From Trichoplax adhaerens (taxonomy: Eukaryota; Animalia; Placozoa), in assembly GCF_000150275.1 (NCBI RefSeq), contig NW_002060949.1, positions 3,416,449-3,480,448 of the forward strand: 64,000 nucleotides of DNA, in the 5' to 3' direction. Of the stretch, positions 56,031 to 64,000 are shown piece by piece; position 1 is the stretch's first letter, and each line of letters opens with the position of its first letter. Under the pieces are notes generated by a model. That model searched no databases. It was not told the DNA's origin and saw nothing but the letters and a program-made list of their open reading frames with translations. The position numbers and the translations under genes were made by a program.

Positions 56031-56635
56031 TAAAAGTATTAGTAAGTTGTTTAAAAGTTTAAAATTATAAGAAATTGGTGCCTGATGCAGGCAATAATTG
56101 GATTATCATGGAGGATGTAATATCTATTCATTTTTTTCAATTTCATGCAATTCTAACCTTTATTTAAATCATTTTAATTCTACTTTGACTTTGGATTATT
56201 GAAATAATACCGGCATCTATCTTTACTGATAATATCATGTTAATATTGTATAAGAGTTAATATCTATTCTATTTATTAATAGATTTTAATCTAGAAAATA
56301 GAGAAGACACATCGATTAATCTTACTCAAAATATAATTATTGACGAGAAATGAGTCTTTTCCGGACTCTATTTATTTTATTTTGACTATAAGCTGTACAC
56401 ATTCAATTGGCATTCTAATTCTATCGATATTACTAATACAGCCTTCCATGAGTATAAAGTCAGAAAATGAAATACATGTTATCCATAAAATATTTAAATC
56501 AAATTTAATTATATTTGATCTTTAATTACAAAATAATTTAGAACAAATTATATCCTATCCATAAAATACATCGAAATTCGATTTGAATGCTAAAGATATT
56601 TAGTGACATTATAGGCTTATAACATATAATATATA

Positions 56636-56687
56636 TATTCAGCATTTATTATCAGCTTAAATTTAAGCTGACAATAAATGCTGAATA
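56636..56687. repeat. 52-bp near-perfect palindrome over the FoxE stop codon
   Basis: tattcagcatttattatcagcttaaa|tttaagctgacaataaatgctgaata: two 26-bp arms, one mismatch, no spacer. Confidence 0.95.
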
Positions 56688-58544
56688 GTAAAGTCTTTGC
56701 CCTTTTTCGATTTATGAACATCATTACTTTCTGTTGGGCATGACGACGATTGATAATTGGTTTTACCATTACTTAATAATTTGCTATGGCTTACAGTTGG
56801 CATGGCAGCTGGCAAGGAAGGTAAATAAAATTGAAATGGATAACTGCGTAGAAAAGGGAATGATAAATGGCAAGAAGATTTCATAGCATGATTTTGATGA
56901 AGGTAATTTCTGTAGTATTCGCTCGACCAACCCAAAATGCTTGAACACGATATATTCCGACTATAATGAGGATGAGTGTTGATAGCCATAAAATTATTCG
57001 ATGTTATTGGAGCACAAGTTGACAAAGTTGTAGTCTTTTGAGGCCTGATACTACTAGAATGATTTTCTCCTTGAATATTGGATGATATGCCTTGGCATGG
57101 ATTAGCATTCATTGAGTGTGGAAGAGTTTGGATCGGATAATAACTTGAGCTAGACGATGACGGTAAAGATGATGATATTGCCGAAGGATTAATAGGCTCT
57201 AACGTTGAAAGCATGGTAATGTCGCCCTTTTTAAATCGTTTTCGACGCCTGAGGAAACTTCCGCTATCGAACATGCCTTCGCTAGATGGATCCAAAGCCC
57301 AGTAATGGCCTTTGCCGGGCTGGTTCGTCTCACGTGGCAATTTGATAAAGCAATCATTTAGAGTTAAATTATGCCTATAAAAGAGCAAGTTGAAAAGATA
57401 TTCTTGATAGGATTGAATTTAAGATTGTAAAATGTTATAATTTCAAAATATATCCTTATTAATATTAAATTTAATATCACAGAGTATTACAAGTTGAGAA
57501 GATATTCTCTATAAGACTGAATTTAAGATTGAAAAACATTATAGTTTTGAAGAGTAATTAAGGTTGGAAAGATGTGTTTAATGAAATTGGATTTAAGATC
57601 GCAAAAATCGCAAATATCCGCCAAGGAATTTAGTATAAGCTAGAATATTATAACTCAACTAGCATTATAGTGCCATAGAGCAAAAAATGAACTTTTGCTA
57701 TTTAGATATTCCCGTTCAATAGTAAAGCATTTATTGCGAGATGGAACATGAAGTAATTTAATCTAACTATCTCATTTCATCTTTAGTTGATAAATGCCTC
57801 GAAATATCTATTCTGAATTTCTGTCTATATTTTGGAATTTCCATTTCTACTGGTACACTGAAACAATTAGAACTATCATATTTGGCGAAATGGATCATAC
57901 TAACTGAAAATTTTATATTGGTTGCAAAATTTTGTTACCATTCTAAAAAATGGCCCAAAATAGTACTATTTTTAAACAGATGATATTAAATCGTGGCATT
58001 TTCTGCCAGTATCCAGAATTATCCCCAGACGTATGGTGATCAATGCCTTGTATAGAAAATTAACATTGATATTGGGCGCCAACTAATTTACCTATTATCA
58101 ATGTTATTCCATATTTGCCCCTGAGATCGCCGTTATTGGCGCGGTAATTTGAAATATAAAAGTATAAACGAAAAAATTTTGTCAATTCCAACACTATCAG
58201 ACTAAATCATGGTGAACAAACCTGATTGAATTTTGCCAACTTTTACATGATAGGCTGTAATAAGGAAAGTGCTTGGCTATGAATTGATAAATATCACATA
58301 AGGTCAATTTCTTGTTTGGAGAGTTTACAATCGCCATCGCAATCAGCGCGATATACGAGTATGGCGGTTTGCCACGTCGAGATAATCGCCTTGTCTTCAC
58401 CTTTTGACTCAATTGATTAGTACCTTTACTTTTAACGCTAACAGTTTGATCCTTGTCCATGTTAATTAATTCGCTCTTGGATAGTTCATCATGCTCCACA
58501 GGTGATTCCGATTGTATAGTCGCTGTAACAGTTGAGTCAGCCAT
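56663..58544 (-). CDS. FoxE: Forkhead box E-class transcription factor, 2 exons, 344 aa
   Basis: Exon 1 is 58544-58222 (MADSTV...[41 protein letters not shown]...WQNSIR). Phase-2 GT-AG intron 58221-57375. Exon 2 is 57374-56663 ([15 protein letters not shown]...[10 protein letters not shown]...[15 protein letters not shown]...[10 protein letters not shown]). [24 protein letters not shown] and YWALDP are FoxE-type residues; C-terminal eh1-like FTIQHLL. The gene is well supported, the class assignment less so. Confidence 0.85.
57385..57606. repeat. Three degenerate copies of a ~70-bp unit in the FoxE intron
   Basis: gttg(a/g)aaagat...tgaatttaagat near 57389, 57492 and 57562. Confidence 0.7.
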
Positions 58545-58779
58545 AATATCAAATTTTGAAAACCGCAAAGACTGAAAATTGGATTGAATATAGAAGAATC
58601 ATAAAATTGGACTATGTATAGATAGAACGGAGAGTGACTACTTAGAAATAGGAACAATAATCATAAGGACTATTGAAATGCTGCAACAACTCTACTTTTC
58701 TGGCAATCTTCTTAACTACTATTTTTGATAGGAATCAATCTACAAATGAAGAAATGAGAATATTAATATTTCTCTCAAC

Positions 58780-58820
58780 TTGTCAGTTAACTCCTTCTAT
58801 GTAAGGTTTTTATACCTTTC
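58780..58820 (-). promoter_or_regulatory. Putative FoxE TATA box
   Basis: TATAAAA on the minus strand at 58814-58808, about 265 bp upstream of the ATG. Confidence 0.3.
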
Positions 58821-60560
58821 TTATCACAGAAGACCAGATGAGCCGATTATTATGATTATAAGCATGTTATTTCTTTTTAACACATTATTGTTTTCATCAT
58901 AATTTAACATCTTGATATGTACTGGGTTGGACGGTTAACTTTTGCACCTTTGCATTATAATTTGTACCTAGCAATTGTTTACGTATATTCAAGGGTTGCT
59001 AGTAGAAAAGCTATGAGCTAAAGCCTTGTTGAACGTTGTAAATAAACTTCATCGAATCTTTTTGCCCTATTTACCCTTTTCATAGTATTCATTGTCATGC
59101 TTAATTGAGACGTATACAATATTTCCGGACTCATCTCTAATCAATTCTTAGTACTCTACTAAAACTAGAATCTAGAATTCAATTCTGCTGGAAAAAATTA
59201 CATAATTAAGAATATGAAAAATGTCTCTCTTAAACAATAATATTGACTACTTTGCACAAGTCAGTTCAGCTCGATGATTTTCAGGTATCAATAATTCTAT
59301 GCTATTTGTCATGTTTCACGTATCAAGCTAAGCCATAGATAGTTAAGATACTCAACAATCATGCAACAATGTTCGATCGACTATAACAGGTAAAATTATA
59401 AATCTATCAAAATGATACACAAATAGGCAGTATATCATCGATTAATTACACTTGTGAATCAGTTTGTTGATTGGCTATTGTGTGAATTGGGCCCCAGACG
59501 TTAAAAGTCTCTACATGTCATCATTTTAATAGTTTATAGGACAATCATTAATAAGATTTATATTGCAATTCTATATGATAAAATTTTTAGCATGTAACAA
59601 AATGAAATGGAAATTAAATAGGTTACTAATAACTTGTGAATTTTTCGCATAATAATTTTATCATGAAATTAGCATGGTTTTGAAGTATGAAATAATCGTA
59701 GTAATTGCCTGCTCATGTTATAAATGAAAATTAAGCTATAGTTTTCTATCAAGAGAGTCGTTGAGCCCTTAATATTATTGTTTTGAAATCATATATACAC
59801 TATCTTAATACTTTCGTGCAATCACACCTTGGAAAATTCTCCAAAATAGAATCACAGATTGTATATTGGCAAGCAAATAAGATGTTTCATTTCCTAATTA
59901 TGCTTTCTAATGCCAATGTAAATCAGACTGTTTTTATTTCTTAAATTCATTGACAACAAATAAGAATCCTTCAACCAACAATTAAAAAAATTGATGGAAT
60001 ATATAGCTTTTAGAGTAATGTTGATTTATAGTAAAATGGATCTTATTTAGCGATGCAATCAGTTATCGGTTGATAAAAATGCATATTATTTTTGATTAGA
60101 AATGTAATCCGTCAAAGTTATGTACATTATTATTATGATATGCCTTTAGATTTCATACCTTTAGGGCAAAACTTTCCACATGTTATTCAATTACTTTCAT
60201 TACCGGTTATCGGTAACTGTTTACATGCAGTCAACGTAAGACAAGCAAATTTTCTTTTTAAATACTGGGGCACTTCAACTAATTTCGGTGCTAGAACTTG
60301 CACCTAATCAATTCTTAGGGAAAGTTATGCTCCGCAGATTATACACAACACTGAGTCAGTGTCAATATTATCATTTTGGATAAGTAAATAGCTGTATAGC
60401 AATGTAACATTGACTATGCGTTCTTTGCTATAAAAAGATTCTATCTAATTCCAGATTTCATCATTTGTTATCAAAAGCAAATACTGTACGATACAATCAT
60501 ACAAGCAAGCAAGTACTATTCTAGGATGCAAGATTTCGTTCTATAAAGTTAATAATCTGA

Positions 60561-63136
60561 TTAAGGTTCATTTTTTTTCGGTATTGATATCGGTAATAAA
60601 TTTTTCCCTTTTCCTTTACCTTTTCCTGCAGTCTTCGAAGAATGCTTTACCTAACAAATAACAAAGTTAGAATCAATCATGATTTATGAGTTACATTATT
60701 ACCGAATTCGAACACGAATGAATAAATCAAGATAAAAATGAAAAAGCTATCCTAGTTCATAAAATTTGCGGAACTAACTCGATTATAAATAACAACACCA
60801 CCAGCAGCTAATGTCATTCCGATTGCATTTGCTGAAGTGATAGGATTCCGAAGAATGGCTATTGATATAACTATCACAAAAATCCTTTTAGTCGCACTTG
60901 CTACTGAATAACTTAAGGGATTGATCGTCCATAATATTGTGAAAGCTATTATATTTTGAAGAAAGTTGATGAAACCATTTAGAAATACCAGAAAGGTGAT
61001 CCAGTATGGATCTAGGTCCGCATACTAAAGTAAAGCAATTTTCTGATCATTAGTTATAGATTGTTTCGTTCATAGCCATTCGTAACTTTAGTACAGCCTA
61101 ATTACTATAAAAGCGTTTCATTTATACAATATGGATATCGTACCGTATCTTTCTCTTCGAGTATAGGCATAACATCAAAAACGAACCAAATTGGGAGCAT
61201 CAGGCTAGTAGCACTTCTTGACATGGTATGCAGTAATCTTAAATGATGGACCTTAACATCGGACAAGACCTAGATAGTAGATATAGATATTGAATTAATC
61301 TTTAAGAATTAAGATCGAAGAGTTTTGTAAAACTTAATGAGTATTTTCATAGTGAGAGTGGATATGTTTATCAGCCATACTATATTATACTTGTACATAT
61401 CAAGTATTTGACATTACTGAATTAAGATAAAATTTCAATTCTGTGAAGTCGGTATAATGATTAAGAGATTAAGTCGAGTATAGAATCTACGCATTGTTAA
61501 AACTTTTATTCTGTGACTTTTTTCATAGCATTGCACTTACTTTTTTACTATAAACGTTTTGTAAGGCAAAAGAAAGCGTTGATAGTACACAGCTAATTAG
61601 GCCGATAATATCAAATTCTATTTCTGTAGCGGTAGCTAACATAACTCCACCAACGATAGGAAGTAAAGATAAGTACTCCTAAAAAAGGTTACAATAAGTA
61701 AAATGATTAGATCGATAAAAATATTAATCAAACAAACCGTGATAAGTAAGACTATGGTTGGTATTTCGAATCGATATGTCAACAATTCGCTTATGCTTAA
61801 TGAAAATATAGCTGCTAAATGTTAAATATGCACTACAAGATTAGGCATTATAGACTACATAAATTTCATGTCTTTTCATCATTATACATCCATTAAAGTA
61901 CATCAATCAGAGATATCTATAGCCACTGATGATACTGCACTAGTGATTTACTGTATGAAGGGATCTATATTTAATATCCTCAAACAAAAGATAGCGTCCT
62001 GTACATTGTTATTGGGAATGCTTTCAGTTTGGATATTTCTTATTAGCTCTATCTAGATATTTTTCTTCTAACAAAGCAATAAATTAGCCTTTTCCTAATA
62101 GTATATCCTAAATATCAATGTATTACATAGCATCCTTAACATTATACGTGTAATAATTTACTTATTGGACACAGCTGTAGTATTTCAGTCAAAAACTGTA
62201 AATATAATATAGTCAGTAGCAGTAGAATTTAAATAACAAGACTGTGTTGCTGCATAGTTTCGAGTAGTGATTCGATATCTAGTAGGCAGTACTATAAAAA
62301 ATACGTCTACTTAAACTTGTACGAAGTAGCTTTAATTGGTTACACTTTGTTCTCATATCTATAATGGACGAAACTTAATACAGTAAAGGAACGTTTACAG
62401 TATTTGTATTTACTGGTCTCTATGCACAATATATTCATACAGTATGAACTGTGCTTGCTTGTTACTAATAGTGCTGACGTCTTGCGATATGATAGACACT
62501 GCTGCAGTCCAGCATGCACACATATTTGTACTATATAAATATATATCGCAAACTTTTACTCCCGAGGATTTAATCATCCCTAGAGGACTCTTTTGCTATA
62601 TTATATCGTCATTGATGTTATGATTTGCTTACAATTTAGAACTAGTATTCTATACTTATGCGTTATTAAGTATGGTAGCAGTATGATTTTGAATATCAAA
62701 TTTCATGCTTTACTGTGCTTATCTTCCTATCTATACACTAATGCCATCTCTCTAATACCCTTGGGCATTATTAGAAGACGCAAAGTTTATTAATTTTGAT
62801 AATATAATGCTTCAAAAAATAAAATGTACAAATTATCGAAGTATTAGATCCATATAAGGATTATTTAGCAATACTGCTAAAATTGTCGAAGAAAACATTT
62901 TCTTAACGTTTTCTTTAAAAAATCTTTTAAGTTGGATATTTTTCAAGCATACACTTGTCGAGTGACTGATGTCTGCAAGCCGAAATTTAAGTGATCAATA
63001 CATAGCATCCAGCACTTTCGTGCGCCAGGTATTGACTTGTAAATGGAAAGTAGTAGCCTTCTCTACTCACCTTTACAGTATATGTAGCACCAAGGACTAG
63101 CTTCGCCATAATAACGGTAAAGAAAGGCATTAAAGC
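60561..63136 (-). CDS. SLC35E1: Solute carrier family 35 member E1-like (TPT / nucleotide-sugar transporter fold), last 5 coding exons; 5' part not found in the window
   Basis: Exons: 63136-63071 ([16 protein letters not shown]), 61678-61541 ([29 protein letters not shown]...LQNVYSKK), 61269-61144 ([13 protein letters not shown]), 61024-60779 ([12 protein letters not shown]...[16 protein letters not shown]...[15 protein letters not shown]...VVIYNR), 60650-60561 (TAA). All phase 0, GT-AG. Missed by the ORF track. Confidence 0.92.
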
Positions 63137-64000
63137 CTAGAAGAACATAATAAATGCAATGGAACGATTATAAACATAATATGAAATAATAGTAAGTGCA
63201 AAAAGAAACGAAATATCTAGTCTCAGGATTCATGATTGATATTTTAGCAGTAATCCATATCACGCTTGTCACCTATGTTATTGTACGCTCTAAAATGGCC
63301 TTTTGCGGCTCGTAGTTGCAATTAACCTTATAAAACAAACCATTCATAAGCTGAATTCTATTGCGATAAATATACGACAGGCTTCTAGACTATAATGAAT
63401 TTTGTGATAGGTGGATATCTCGTATTTTCAAATACCGTCCATGCGCTATTTCTTAGTACGCAGCATTTAAGTGGTTAGCTAAGCATTAAGTAAATCATAT
63501 TGCAAGCTATACAGGAACTAAAGTATACCGTATCTTACAAAATCGGATTAGTCTGCAATCTGATGCTGTTATTGGTTATTAAGTGAAATCATTGTTTGCT
63601 CTTTGAGTTAATTATGACAGTATCATTCTACTTTAAGCGTTTATTGTAATATGTACATTAGATATATTTTAATAATTTAATTCACGTCATAATGTCGTCC
63701 GTATTGGAGCTCAGGTTTATAAATATCAATACTAGCTAGTGATCGTTATTCTAGGTAATGACATACTAGTCTTAAATTTACATAGTGCATAAAAGTGATG
63801 TATCAGAGTCACAATTATTTTGCTGTCGTAGACTGTATACTATAATTGTACTTGCAGAATTATGCCATATATCTACTTATTAAACTTGGCTACTAATCTG
63901 TCCTTTTTAAAGCAAGTAAGAATATGCAATTAAAACTTTAGGAAGATGAGATCACGGTATTTGATACAACTATTACTATGATTTTCCTCGTCGAAATAAT

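Overview
AT-rich, intron-containing animal genomic DNA, not prokaryotic. The compact GT-AG introns and gene content suggest an early-branching metazoan, plausibly a placozoan such as Trichoplax (inference). I reconstructed six genes by hand, in this order: CBWD/ZNG1 zinc-metallochaperone GTPase (+, 15 exons, 3490-11071); intronless FoxD (+, 21850-23421); glycine decarboxylase GLDC (+, 27 exons, 36371-45924); an ANKRD63/ANKRD34-like ankyrin protein in one long ORF (+, 53552-55495); a two-exon FoxE-class gene (-, 58544-56663); and the 3' part of SLC35E1 (-, running off the right edge). FoxD sits in a gene desert of about 11 kb and 13 kb on either side. The main system is an apparently ancient CBWD-FoxD-GLDC-FoxE microsyntenic block, possibly a genomic regulatory block. 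It echoes vertebrate CBWD1-FOXD4 and FOXD2-FOXE3 linkages. The most striking local structure is a 52-bp near-perfect palindrome over the FoxE stop codon that folds the eh1-coding sequence onto the 3' UTR and carries AATAAA on both strands. Other features are TACAGTA/TACTGTA clusters near housekeeping-gene starts, several 60-210 bp degenerate tandem arrays (one overlapping the ankyrin gene's C-terminus) and a (TAT)n microsatellite. I recognised no rRNA, tRNA, CRISPR array or intact transposase.
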